Positions 1-9,733 of a stretch of DNA of 56,341 bases are shown here, piece by piece (position 1 is the stretch's first letter; every line of letters starts with the position of its first letter). The position numbers and the translations under genes were made by a program. The DNA comes from Methylohalobius sp. (GTDB lineage: Bacteria; Pseudomonadota; Gammaproteobacteria; Methylococcales; Methylothermaceae): assembly GCA_046295755.1 (NCBI GenBank), contig JBKBMR010000001.1:1-56341 (forward strand), in the 5' to 3' direction. The notes under the pieces are model-generated. The model worked only from the letters and a program-made list of their open reading frames with translations, made no database searches and was not told where the DNA came from.

Positions 1-65
1 GGCAGAGTCGTCTTCGGGTCGATTCGATTCCTCTCCCTGTGGGCGGATATTAGGACTTAAGACTC

Positions 66-341
66 TTATGCAAACTGTCGGCGCGGCCGGGAATTCTCCC
101 GAGGACGAGCTTCGTTGACGCGCAGGGTACGTCCTTTTAAATCTTGACCATCGAGATTTTTGATCGCCGCATCCGCTTCCGAATCCACCGGCATTTCCAC
201 GAAACCAAAGCCCTTGGAGCGATCGGTATAGCGATCTTTAATGATGCGGACGGAAGATACTTCCCCGAATTGAGCGAAAGCCGAGCGCAGCTCGTCTTCG
301 CTCAGCTGGTATGACAAATTGCCTACATAGATATTCTTCAT
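66..341 (-). CDS. Single-RRM RNA-binding protein (Rbp family)
   Basis: RNP2 IYVGNL and RNP1 KGFGFVEM motifs; start moved to ATG at 341 (MKNIYVGNLSY). Confidence 0.92.
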   Translation of the reverse strand: MKNIYVGNLSYQLSEDELRSAFAQFGEVSSVRIIKDRYTDRSKGFGFVEMPVDSEADAAIKNLDGQDLKGRTLRVNEARPRENSRPRRQFA

Positions 342-690
342 TGCTAAAACCCTATTGCAAAACGACGCCATTTATATCACTATCGATCGCAAAGCCAGCC
401 AATGGCGCGAAGACCGGCCTTACGAGTCCAGGGCAGGCGCCCAAGTTTTTGGTTTGTGTCCGCAACTTAAGCCACGCGCTGCAGCGGTTTTCGACACGCT
501 TGCGGAAAGCTATGTGCCAAATTGGTCGTGCGCGAGGAACTGAGACTATGGGAAAGGAACAACCCAACGACGTTATCCCCTTCGATCGAGGCACTAGCCC
601 CTTGAGGGGCGGCGGGAACTCCGGCTTTTTGACCGGAAGTTCGGAGACGAGGAAATCCATAAAACATTTAACTCGGATCAGATAAACGTA

Positions 691-719
691 AAGATATTAG
701 ACTCGACCAATAAATGCAA
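691..719 (-). promoter_or_regulatory. Putative sigma70 promoter upstream of the RRM gene
   Basis: TTGCAT (719-714), 17-nt spacer, TATCTT (696-691) on the minus strand. Confidence 0.45.
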
Positions 720-722
720 GAT

Positions 723-1196
723 TTATCTGTGGAAATTCAACAAAATTTCTTTAGCCCGGTTGATTTGGGAGGCTAAGAAGTCCGACCCGCCGCGATCGGG
801 ATGAACCTTCTGCACCAGGCGGCGGTGGGCAGCGATGATTTCCGCGCGCGAGGCACCTGGCTTGAGACCCAAGATCTCATAGGCCTCGGCGACAGATTCA
901 GGCATTGCTCCACGGCGGCTACCGAATCCCCCGGCCTCGGCCTGCGGTCGCTGTTGCCATGTCCGCAAGAGCCCGAGCAGATAGGGCAGCCCTCGAATGA
1001 CCACCGCTCCGATCGCAAGCACGGGCAACAGCCAACTGTGAACCAACAGCGCCAGCAGAATCAGAGCTGCAGCTAAACCCGTGCCACCTCGACCGCGCAG
1101 TTTCGCGATCACTTCCTCAGGCGGGGTACGCATGAACCAACGCAAGCTCCAGAGGAGGACAATAAGTAGCCCCAAAATCAACAAAATGCGAATCAT
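723..1196 (-). CDS. Membrane-anchored DnaJ-domain protein
   Basis: Hydrophobic N-terminal helices; C-terminal J-domain EAYEILGL...HPDRGGS...INRAKEIL. Confidence 0.85.
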   Translation of the reverse strand: MIRILLILGLLIVLLWSLRWFMRTPPEEVIAKLRGRGGTGLAAALILLALLVHSWLLPVLAIGAVVIRGLPYLLGLLRTWQQRPQAEAGGFGSRRGAMPESVAEAYEILGLKPGASRAEIIAAHRRLVQKVHPDRGGSDFLASQINRAKEILLNFHR

Positions 1197-1244
1197 GTTT
1201 TCTACTTACGCCATGTTTAGATCAAAATGATATAGTACGCGCCC

Positions 1245-3407
1245 ATGACGTTCACCCGCACCTTCGCTTACCTGTGGCTGGTCTGGATGGGCCTTTTGAG
1301 CGGCTGCGAGGCCCCGCTCAACAGCCCCTACCCTGCTTCCGAACAATACCGGAACATTTTCTATTCCGCGTTCATCGAACATCCTAAACATTTAGACCCA
1401 GCAGCGGCTTACAGCGCCGATGAATATACCCTGATCGCTCAGATTTACGAGCCTCCTTTACAATATCACTATCTAAAGCGCCCCTATACCTTGACTCCGC
1501 TTACCGCCGCTGAGATGCCCAAAGTCACTTACTTCGATCATCGAGGAAACGTCCTTCCCAAGGACGCGTCGGCAGACCAAATCGCTTTCAGCGAATACCT
1601 GATCACTATCCGCCCGGGAATCTATTTCCAACCCCATCCTGCATTTGCCAAGGATGCACAGGGAAACTTTCTTTATCATAACCTCACCGCCAAGGCGCTG
1701 GCAGGCATTCGTAAACCCTCCGATTTTCCCCACCAGGACAGCCGCGAACTGACCGCTGAGGATTACGTCTATCAGATTAAGCGTCTGGTGCACCCCCAAA
1801 TTCATTCTCCAATCGCCGGCTTGATGCAAGGCTACATCGTTGGATTGGCGGAATTTGCTCGAGAGATCGAACGCCGCTATCAAGAAGCAAAACCCAAAGG
1901 GTTCTTCGATGTGCGCTCCTACCCAATCAGCGGGGTTCGAGTCCTAGACCGCTACCGCTATGCAATCCGCATCCGCGGCAAATATCCGCAGTTCAAATAC
2001 TGGCTGGCGATGCCATTTTTTGCCCCGATACCCTGGGAAGCTGACCAGTTCTATTCTCAGCCTCTATTGATCGAACGCAACCTCACTCTCGATTGGTATC
2101 CCGTGGGCACTGGACCCTACCTTTTAGCCGAAAACAATCCCAACCAGCGGATGGTGCTGGTCAGAAACCCAAATTTTCACGGCGAAGCCTATCCAGGCGA
2201 AGGGGAAATGAGCGATATCGCCGCAGGGTTGCTCGCCGACGCTGGGCGGACGCTCCCTTTCATCGATGAAATCCAATTTATCCTGGAGCGGGAATCGATC
2301 CCGGCTTGGAACAAATTCTTACAGGGCTACTACGAAGTTTCCGGCATCGGTTCAGACAGTTTCGATCAGGCCATCCGCTTTGGCGCTCAGAATCAAGCAG
2401 AGCTGACTGAGGCTCTCAAAGCCAAGGGTATTCATCTCCAGACCACGGTCGCGCCGTCCATTTTCTATCTCGGCTTTAATATGCTCGACCCCGTAATAGG
2501 GGGATTGGAGGAACCCAAACGCAAATTGCGCCAAGCCCTGGCGATCGCCATCGATTACGAGGAATACATCTTTATTTTTCTCAACGGCCGGGGGATTCCG
2601 GCCCAAGGTGTGCTGCCGCCCGGAATCTTCGGCTATCTGGAAGGACCTGAGGGCATCAACCGCTACGTCTACGACTGGCGCAATGGCGAACCTCAGCGCA
2701 AATCCATAGACTATGCCCGCCGCCTGCTCGCCGAGGCGGGCTATCCAGGCGGTATCGATCCTAAAACTGGCCAGCCTTTGTTGCTTTATTTAGACACGCC
2801 TGGCGGAGGCCCCGAGGACAAGGCACGCCTTTCCTGGTACCGCAAACAATTTGAAAAATTAGGAATCGAATTAGTCGTGCGCGCAACCGACTACAACCGC
2901 TTCCAACAGAAGATGCGCACCGGCAACGCCCAGATCTTCACCTGGGGTTGGAATGCCGACTACCCAGACCCGGAAAATTTCTTCTTCCTGTTCTATAGCT
3001 CCAACGGCAAGGTCAAATACGGAGGCGAGAACGCCGCCAATTATGCAAATCCAGAATTCGACCGCTTATTCGAGAAGATGCGCCACCTAGATGATACCCG
3101 AGAGCGTTTGGAATTGATCCAAAAGCTCCAGACCATCCTGCGCCGCGATGCCCCGTGGGTGTTTGGCTTCCACCCTAAAAACTTTACTTTGTATCATGGC
3201 TGGCTCGCCAACGTGAAGCCAAACCCGATGGCGACCAACACGCTAAAGTATCTGCGCATAGACGCACAACAGCGAGCTGCGGCGCGCAAACTTTGGAACC
3301 GACCGATCTGGTGGCCGCTGGGATTGCTCATGCTCGGTCTGGCGGCAGCCTGGCTGCCAGCCTGGATCAAGTACCGCAAACGCATGCAGGAAGCCGCGCT
3401 GACGTGA
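1245..3407 (+). CDS. Peptide/nickel-type (family 5) ABC transporter substrate-binding lipoprotein
   Basis: Lipobox LSGC; SBP_bac_5 motifs (LDPA, PVGTGPY, WNADYPDPENF); extra C-terminal hydrophobic helix. Confidence 0.88.
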   Translation: MTFTRTFAYLWLVWMGLLSGCEAPLNSPYPASEQYRNIFYSAFIEHPKHLDPAAAYSADEYTLIAQIYEPPLQYHYLKRPYTLTPLTAAEMPKVTYFDHRGNVLPKDASADQIAFSEYLITIRPGIYFQPHPAFAKDAQGNFLYHNLTAKALAGIRKPSDFPHQDSRELTAEDYVYQIKRLVHPQIHSPIAGLMQGYIVGLAEFAREIERRYQEAKPKGFFDVRSYPISGVRVLDRYRYAIRIRGKYPQFKYWLAMPFFAPIPWEADQFYSQPLLIERNLTLDWYPVGTGPYLLAENNPNQRMVLVRNPNFHGEAYPGEGEMSDIAAGLLADAGRTLPFIDEIQFILERESIPAWNKFLQGYYEVSGIGSDSFDQAIRFGAQNQAELTEALKAKGIHLQTTVAPSIFYLGFNMLDPVIGGLEEPKRKLRQALAIAIDYEEYIFIFLNGRGIPAQGVLPPGIFGYLEGPEGINRYVYDWRNGEPQRKSIDYARRLLAEAGYPGGIDPKTGQPLLLYLDTPGGGPEDKARLSWYRKQFEKLGIELVVRATDYNRFQQKMRTGNAQIFTWGWNADYPDPENFFFLFYSSNGKVKYGGENAANYANPEFDRLFEKMRHLDDTRERLELIQKLQTILRRDAPWVFGFHPKNFTLYHGWLANVKPNPMATNTLKYLRIDAQQRAAARKLWNRPIWWPLGLLMLGLAAAWLPAWIKYRKRMQEAALT

Positions 3408-4381
3408 CCGCTTATCTGCTGCGCCGCATTTTGCACGCCTTTCCGATCCTGATCGGGGTCAACGTGATCACCTTCGTGCTGTTTTTCGTGGTCAACCCGC
3501 CCGACGACATGGCCAGGATGCAATTGGGTCACAAACACGTCACTCAGGAGGCGATCGACAAGTGGAAACGCGAGCGCGGTTACGACCTGCCCTTGTTTTT
3601 CAATGCAAAAAGTCAAGGCACAGAAAAAATCACCCGCACGATTTTCTTCCAGAAATCGGTCAAGCTGTTTCTGTTTCGCTTTGGACGCTCCGACAGCGGC
3701 CGCGACATCGGCGCCGACATCCGCCAACGGATGTGGCCATCGCTGGCGATTGCGGTTCCCACCTTGCTGCTGGGGCTTTTGGTCAACATCAGCTTCGCCC
3801 TGGCGGTAGTATTTTTTCGCCGCACCTATCTGGAATTCACCGGCCTTGCCGCTTGCGTCGCATTGATGTCGATCTCAGCGCTGTTTTACATCATCGCCGG
3901 CCAGTATCTGTTTGGCAAGATTATGAAACTCGTCCCGATCTCGGGCTATGGAGGGGGGGTGAGCGCGATCAAATTCGTGATCCTGCCAATACTGGTAGGA
4001 GTGGTTTCGGGAATCGGTTCAGGTGTGCGCTGGTACCGCACTTTGTTTATGGAGGAGATCGAAAAAGATTACGTCCGCACGGCCCGCGCAAAGGGACTGA
4101 CTGAGCCTCAAGTCTTGTTCCGGCACGTCCTCCAGAACGCGCTGATTCCGATCTTGACCGGGGTTGTCGCCATTCTTCCGCTATTGTTCCTCGGGAGCCT
4201 CTTGACCGAATCCTTCTTCAGCATTCCTGGGTTGGGAAGCTACACGATCGACGCCATCAGCCGGCAGGACTTCGCTATCGTACGTTCCATGGTATTTTTG
4301 GGGTCAGCGCTCTACATCTTGGGACTGGTACTGACGGACATTTCCTATACTCTGGTAGATCCGAGGGTGCGCTTCAAATGA
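3404..4381 (+). CDS. Peptide ABC transporter permease (OppB/DppB-like)
   Basis: GTG start overlapping the upstream TGA; YLLRRIL N-terminus; DYVRTARAKGL loop; ends YTLVDPRV. Confidence 0.9.
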   Translation: MTAYLLRRILHAFPILIGVNVITFVLFFVVNPPDDMARMQLGHKHVTQEAIDKWKRERGYDLPLFFNAKSQGTEKITRTIFFQKSVKLFLFRFGRSDSGRDIGADIRQRMWPSLAIAVPTLLLGLLVNISFALAVVFFRRTYLEFTGLAACVALMSISALFYIIAGQYLFGKIMKLVPISGYGGGVSAIKFVILPILVGVVSGIGSGVRWYRTLFMEEIEKDYVRTARAKGLTEPQVLFRHVLQNALIPILTGVVAILPLLFLGSLLTESFFSIPGLGSYTIDAISRQDFAIVRSMVFLGSALYILGLVLTDISYTLVDPRVRFK

Positions 4382-5703
4382 CTTGGGTGGTGCTGTGGAC
4401 CGATGCTTTATTGTACTCGCTCGTGGCGAGCATCGCCTTGTTCGTGATCCATGCCCGCCGTCAGGAGCATCTGCGCCGGCCTTGGCGCAAGATTGCCCGC
4501 AGCCGCACCGGTATGGCGGCCTTGACTGTCCTTGCCGCTTTTGCCGCCATCGGCCTGCTGGACTCCATCCATTTCCGCGATGCTCACAATGGGCAAGTGC
4601 TCAGTCTGTTCGACCAGTGGGTCGAACCGCTTAGAACCCGAACCGAGAAGAGCTATTCGCCCCCCCTGGCCACCCATCTATACACGCGCGAATACCAGAC
4701 CTTGCCCGACGGAAGCCGGGCCTGGGTCTATCCCCGCCTCAAGTATGGCGGCGCCCATCTCCAAGACCCTTCGGAAAAAGGGTCAGACATCGTCCAAAGG
4801 GTTCTGCTTGGAGGTATCGAAGGATTGGGAATCTGGCTGCTTGTGAACTTGAGCATAGCGATTCCAGCACGGCGAAAATTTAGCCACCCGGCTTGGATGA
4901 CAGTCTCGCTCACGCTGGGAGCAATTCTCGTCGTGGGGTTTGCGACTGCGGACTTAAGCCGTGCCTACCACGTCCTGGGAACCGACAAGGTGGGTGAAGA
5001 CGTGCTTTATCAAGCTTTAAAAAGCATCCGCACTGGTCTGGTTCTCGGTTCTCTGAGCACCCTGGTGATGCTGCCTTTCGCCCTGGGGCTGGGAATTCTG
5101 GCAGGCTATTTCGGCGGCTGGGTGGACGACCTCATCCAGTATCTCTATACCACTCTGAACTCGATTCCCAGCGTGCTGCTGATCGCGGCAGCGATCCTGA
5201 TGCTCCAGGTCCACATGGCCGCCCACGAGGAGCAATTTACCAGCCTGATCGTACGCGCCGACATGCGCTTGTTTTTCCTGTGCCTGATCCTGGGGATTAC
5301 CAGCTGGACCGGGCTATGCCGACTGCTCAGGGCGGAGACCCTCAAGCTCAGGGAGATGGAGTACGTGCAGGCAGCCCGTGCGCTTGGGGTCTCCCACCCG
5401 ATGATCCTGCTGCGCCATATTTTGCCTAATGTGTTCCACATCGTCCTGATCTCGGTGGTATTGGATTTTAGCGGCTTGGTCCTGGCCGAAGCCGTGCTGT
5501 CCTACGTCAACATCGGCGTCGATCCTACCACCCAGAGCTGGGGCAACATGATCAACAGCGCGCGTCTGGAATTGGCGCGCGAGCCTATCGTCTGGTGGAC
5601 CCTGGCGGCGGCATTCGCCTTTATGTTTGCCTTCGTGCTCGCGGCCAACTTGTTCGCCGACGTAGTCCGCGACGCCTTCGATCCGCGCCGAACCGAAGAT
5701 TAA
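4378..5703 (+). CDS. Peptide ABC transporter permease (OppC/DppC-like)
   Basis: HVLGTDKVGEDV, EYVQAARALG and RDAFDPR motifs; ATGA overlap. Confidence 0.9.
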   Translation: MTWVVLWTDALLYSLVASIALFVIHARRQEHLRRPWRKIARSRTGMAALTVLAAFAAIGLLDSIHFRDAHNGQVLSLFDQWVEPLRTRTEKSYSPPLATHLYTREYQTLPDGSRAWVYPRLKYGGAHLQDPSEKGSDIVQRVLLGGIEGLGIWLLVNLSIAIPARRKFSHPAWMTVSLTLGAILVVGFATADLSRAYHVLGTDKVGEDVLYQALKSIRTGLVLGSLSTLVMLPFALGLGILAGYFGGWVDDLIQYLYTTLNSIPSVLLIAAAILMLQVHMAAHEEQFTSLIVRADMRLFFLCLILGITSWTGLCRLLRAETLKLREMEYVQAARALGVSHPMILLRHILPNVFHIVLISVVLDFSGLVLAEAVLSYVNIGVDPTTQSWGNMINSARLELAREPIVWWTLAAAFAFMFAFVLAANLFADVVRDAFDPRRTED

Positions 5704-5709
5704 AATCCC

Positions 5710-6543
5710 ATGCCAAGCTACCGCACCGTCATCCATCGCCTCGATCTTCCAGCCGAACACCGTTCTCGGCTCGCCCGGCTCGGTCAGCTCCAAAGCCGGC
5801 CAGGCTATCTTCTCCTCACGCACGAGGCGCCATTGGAATTGGAAGCCTTGCGATGCGAACTGCGCTGTGACGTCAATACCCTGCCGGCTGACTTCGAGCC
5901 AGAAAAGGCACGCCTCTTGGTCACCGATCTGGATTCTACCTTGGTCGCCATCGAGACTATCGACGAGATCGCAGCGACGCTAGGCCTGCGCGATCAGGTT
6001 GCGGCTATCACTGCCCGGGCGATGGCGGGAGAACTGGATTTTCCTGCAGCGCTCAAGGAGCGAGTGGCGCTGCTCGAGGGGCTACCGGAAGCAAAGCTCG
6101 CGCAGGTCTTCGAAGAACGGATGAAACCTGCCTTGCAGCCTGGCGCCTGCGCTATCCTAAACTGGCTCAAGCAACGCGGCTTTACCACGGCCGTGGTTTC
6201 GGGCGGATTTACCTTTTTCACCGAACGGCTTCAGACCCTGCTGCCTATTGACTACAGCCTGGCCTGCGTCCTTGAAATCAAGGACGGACGGCTCACCGGC
6301 AAGCTCAAAGGCCCGATCGTTGACAAACACGCCAAAGCCGACTTTCTCGCTCATCTGGCCCGGAAACTGGGCATTTCACCGAGGCAGGCAGTCGCGGTGG
6401 GGGACGGAGCCAACGACGTTATGATGTTGGAGCTCGCGGGGTTGGGCGTGGCCTATCATGCTCATGCTATCGCCCGCGCCTACGCCGACGCCGTGATCGA
6501 CCGAGGCAACTGGGGCGATCTGCGTTACCTGCTGACAGCATGA
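5710..6543 (+). CDS. serB: Phosphoserine phosphatase (HAD family)
   Basis: DLDSTL motif I, ETIDEIA, VSGGF, AVGDGANDV. Confidence 0.88.
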   Translation: MPSYRTVIHRLDLPAEHRSRLARLGQLQSRPGYLLLTHEAPLELEALRCELRCDVNTLPADFEPEKARLLVTDLDSTLVAIETIDEIAATLGLRDQVAAITARAMAGELDFPAALKERVALLEGLPEAKLAQVFEERMKPALQPGACAILNWLKQRGFTTAVVSGGFTFFTERLQTLLPIDYSLACVLEIKDGRLTGKLKGPIVDKHAKADFLAHLARKLGISPRQAVAVGDGANDVMMLELAGLGVAYHAHAIARAYADAVIDRGNWGDLRYLLTA

Positions 6544-8219
6544 CTGAACCGTTGCTTGCCGTCGAGCACCTCACCACCCGCTTCCAACAAGGTGGCCACA
6601 CCTTCACCGCCGTGGACGGGGTGAGTTTTACCATCCACCGCGGCGAGACCTTCGCCCTGGTAGGCGAATCCGGCTCCGGCAAATCGATCACCGCCCTATC
6701 GGTGATGCGCCTTCTGCCCCCGAATGCCCGGATCACCGCCGGCAAGGTGATTTTGGATGGCGAGGACCTGCTCAGGCTGCCGGAAATGCGAATGAACCGC
6801 CTGCGCGGCAAGCGCATCGCGATGATCTTTCAGGATCCGATGACCTCCCTCAACCCGGTCAGAACCGTCGGCGATCAGATCGAAGAAGTTCTGACCCTGC
6901 ACTTGGGCCTCAGGCGTCAAGCGAGCCGCCAGCGTTGTCTGGAACTTTTGCGCCAAGTTGGCATTCCCGATCCCGAGCAAAGAATCGAAAGCTTCCCGCA
7001 TCAGCTGTCAGGAGGTCAGCGTCAGCGGGTGATGATCGCCATCGCCCTGGCGGGAGAACCGGAACTCCTCATCGCCGACGAACCTACCACCGCGCTGGAT
7101 GTCACCATCCAAGCCCAGATTCTAGACCTGCTTAGCAAACTCCAGCGCCAGCGCACCATGTCCTTATGGTTGATCACCCACGATCTGGGGCTGGTGGCCG
7201 ATCTGGCTGATTCGGCAGCAGTGATGCAGGGCGGTAGGATCGTCGAAATGTTCCACAAGCGCGATGCGCCTTTGTTCGCTCGCCCCACCCACCCGTATAC
7301 GCGGCAACTGCTCGAGGCCCGACCAAGGCTGGACAGCTGCCTTGCTCGGCCTACGCCCAATAAATTCCTATCCAAACCGACGCCCCCCTTGCTTCAGGTG
7401 AGAAATTTCAAGGTCTGGTACCCCATCCGCCGGGGTTTGTTGAAGCGGGTCAAAGATTACGTAAAGGCAGTAGACGACGTCTCTTTTACCCTCCTCCAAG
7501 GCCAAACCCTGGCCGTCGTGGGCGAATCCGGTTGCGGCAAGACCACCTTGGGCAAAGCATTGTTAAAATTGATTCCGCCTACCTCAGGGCGGGTTTACTT
7601 CGACGGCCGGGAGCTGGATGACTTGCCGACCAAGAGCCGCTGCCGCGCGCTTCAGATCGTGTTTCAAGATCCGTTTTCGGCGATGAATCCCAGAATGTTG
7701 GTGGGCGACATCCTGGCCGAAGGACTTAAGTCCTTGCGCCCAGACATTCCCCCCAAGAAACGCATCGAGCGTATCGAACGCCTGCTGGAAGAGGTGGGTC
7801 TACCCGCTGCCAGCCGCCTGCGTTATCCGCATGAATTCTCCGGCGGCCAGCGCCAGCGCATTTGCATCGCCCGGGCGCTTGCGGTCGAACCCAAGCTGAT
7901 CGTGTGCGACGAACCGACCAGTTCGCTCGACGTATCGGTCCAGCAACAAATCATTAAACTGCTCAAGGCTCTACAGCAGCAGACCGGGGTCAGCTATCTG
8001 TTCATCAGCCACGACTTGGCCGTGGTGGCCGAAATCGCCGATCAAGTAGCGGTAATGCACCAAGGCAAGATCGTAGAAATGGGGAGAACGGACCAGGTCT
8101 TGTTCTCCCCGCAGCATCCTTATACCCAAAGACTCCTGGCTGCCCTGCCGGGCAAACACCTCTCTTCCCCGCAAAGCTCGTCTCCCAGTCCTTCAGGCAA
8201 GCCAGAAACACCCATTTAA
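6540..8219 (+). CDS. Peptide ABC transporter ATP-binding protein with two fused ATPase domains
   Basis: Walker A motifs GESGSGKS and GESGCGKT; LSGGQRQR and FSGGQRQR signatures; two HPYT tails. Confidence 0.92.
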   Translation: MTEPLLAVEHLTTRFQQGGHTFTAVDGVSFTIHRGETFALVGESGSGKSITALSVMRLLPPNARITAGKVILDGEDLLRLPEMRMNRLRGKRIAMIFQDPMTSLNPVRTVGDQIEEVLTLHLGLRRQASRQRCLELLRQVGIPDPEQRIESFPHQLSGGQRQRVMIAIALAGEPELLIADEPTTALDVTIQAQILDLLSKLQRQRTMSLWLITHDLGLVADLADSAAVMQGGRIVEMFHKRDAPLFARPTHPYTRQLLEARPRLDSCLARPTPNKFLSKPTPPLLQVRNFKVWYPIRRGLLKRVKDYVKAVDDVSFTLLQGQTLAVVGESGCGKTTLGKALLKLIPPTSGRVYFDGRELDDLPTKSRCRALQIVFQDPFSAMNPRMLVGDILAEGLKSLRPDIPPKKRIERIERLLEEVGLPAASRLRYPHEFSGGQRQRICIARALAVEPKLIVCDEPTSSLDVSVQQQIIKLLKALQQQTGVSYLFISHDLAVVAEIADQVAVMHQGKIVEMGRTDQVLFSPQHPYTQRLLAALPGKHLSSPQSSSPSPSGKPETPI

Positions 8220-8229
8220 ACCCCCAATC

Positions 8230-9651
8230 TTATCCGTCGCTAGAACTTCCCAGCTTGACGGCACGAAATGGGGTGTTCCCTACCCGAGCGACAATCACCT
8301 GCAGGCGCTGACCTACCCGCAGGGTGCTAGCGGTCCTTAGGCCATTCAAACGCAACAATTGCCCGATATCCATCCCGTAACGACGCGCCACTCCCCATAA
8401 GGTTTCCCCGGAGCGCACGACGTGGATTTTTACCTGGCGCGGCCGATTATCGATTCGGCCTGGATCTTGAATTCTCCCGACCATGTTAAGGCGGGATTGG
8501 GTCTGGTCTGCTGCAATCAACGATCTCTGTCCGGCTCGGACTCGATCGCTATTTAGGTGATTGGCAGTTTTTAGGGCTTTAGACTGGGTTGTGTAGTTTC
8601 TGGTGAAGTTGACTAGGGTTTCTCCAGGAAGCTCGGAGGATTGCCAATGTACCCACTTGGACTTCGGCAGTTGGGCCAACCGCTCTTCGAACAACTCAAC
8701 CTTTTCTAACGGCAGGACAAGGCGGTGGGGACCATCGGGAGCGGTAACCCTTCGTCGGAAACCGGGATTGAGTCGCTGGATGGCTTCCAACGGCATATCC
8801 GCCAGCCGGGCCGCCAAAGCTAGGTCGATTTGCGAGCCCACGTCTATCCGAGCATAGAGCGGGCGGTTGGGGATAGGCTTCAAGGTAAAGCCATAGCGTT
8901 CGGCGTTCGCGAACAGGCGCGCCACCGCTAGGAGCTTGGGAACATAGGCTTTAGTTTCCTCCGGCAGATCCAGGTGCCAAAAGTCGGTCCGCCTGAACAG
9001 TAGGCGATTTTTGACGATTTCCTGCATTACCCTACCCTCGCCGGCATTGTATGCGGCTAGGGCGAGCAACCAGTCACCGTTGAAATCGGCGTGGAGCTTT
9101 TTCAGATAGCGCACCGCTGCCCGGGTAGAAGCGTGGACATCGTGGCGCAAATCCACCCACTGGTTTTGCTTCAGACCGTATTGTTCGCCCGTCGAAGGGA
9201 TGAACTGCCACAGCCCAGCAGCCTGTTTAGGGGAACGGGCATAGGGTTGGAACGCACTTTCCACGATCGGCAGCAAAGCCAGCTCTCCAGGCAGACCGTT
9301 GCGCTCGATTTCCTCCACGATGGTATAGAGATAAGGCCTCGCCCGCTTCTGGATCTGCTCGAGGTAATCCAGATTGGCCGCATACCATTTTAGCTCTGCT
9401 CGGATACGGGGATGATCGATATTCGGTAACTGATAGAGCGCAAACAACCGCTGCCATAGATCATGGCGATGAATTGATCGAGACTTCTTTTTTTCTGGCT
9501 TGGTTGGAGGCGCAAATTCTAAATCACGCAATTTAACGTGCAAGGTAGGCGGTTTACTTGAGAGGGCCTGGGTCGGTTTGATCGGCTGCTGGCTACAGCC
9601 AGACAACGTTACCGCGGTTGCCAGCGGCAACGCGAAGATGGTTTTGTTCAT
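8230..9651 (-). CDS. mltD: Membrane-bound lytic murein transglycosylase D (SLT + LysM)
   Basis: Lipobox LSGC; PIVESAF, AAGLWQF and LAAYNAGEG SLT motifs; C-terminal LysM; mltD-methyltransferase-rnhA-dnaQ synteny. Confidence 0.88.
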   Translation of the reverse strand: MNKTIFALPLATAVTLSGCSQQPIKPTQALSSKPPTLHVKLRDLEFAPPTKPEKKKSRSIHRHDLWQRLFALYQLPNIDHPRIRAELKWYAANLDYLEQIQKRARPYLYTIVEEIERNGLPGELALLPIVESAFQPYARSPKQAAGLWQFIPSTGEQYGLKQNQWVDLRHDVHASTRAAVRYLKKLHADFNGDWLLALAAYNAGEGRVMQEIVKNRLLFRRTDFWHLDLPEETKAYVPKLLAVARLFANAERYGFTLKPIPNRPLYARIDVGSQIDLALAARLADMPLEAIQRLNPGFRRRVTAPDGPHRLVLPLEKVELFEERLAQLPKSKWVHWQSSELPGETLVNFTRNYTTQSKALKTANHLNSDRVRAGQRSLIAADQTQSRLNMVGRIQDPGRIDNRPRQVKIHVVRSGETLWGVARRYGMDIGQLLRLNGLRTASTLRVGQRLQVIVARVGNTPFRAVKLGSSSDG

Positions 9652-9733
9652 CGTTCTTCCTCCCTTATTCCAGCAATCCGACTGGATTGTCGGCTATTAT
9701 ATTGCAAACTCGTCGATTGCCAACCCTATTAGC

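Noticed and set aside
504-520. Sigma54-like motif TTGGCACATAGCTTTCC on the minus strand
   Set aside because: The -12 GC is replaced by TC
500-680. GGA-rich plus-strand stretch as a CsrB/RsmY-like RNA
   Set aside because: Almost none of the GGAs are in ANGGA context or hairpin loops, and there is no plus-strand terminator
311-685. Overlapping 60-124 aa ORFs upstream of the RRM gene
   Set aside because: No SD, no recognisable motifs, present on both strands; treated as non-coding
9500-9733. Long N-terminal extension of the methyltransferase ORF, and absence of gloB between mltD and the methyltransferase
   Set aside because: The extension overlaps mltD on the opposite strand and is an ORF-caller artefact; gloB relocation is minor and no remnant is visible
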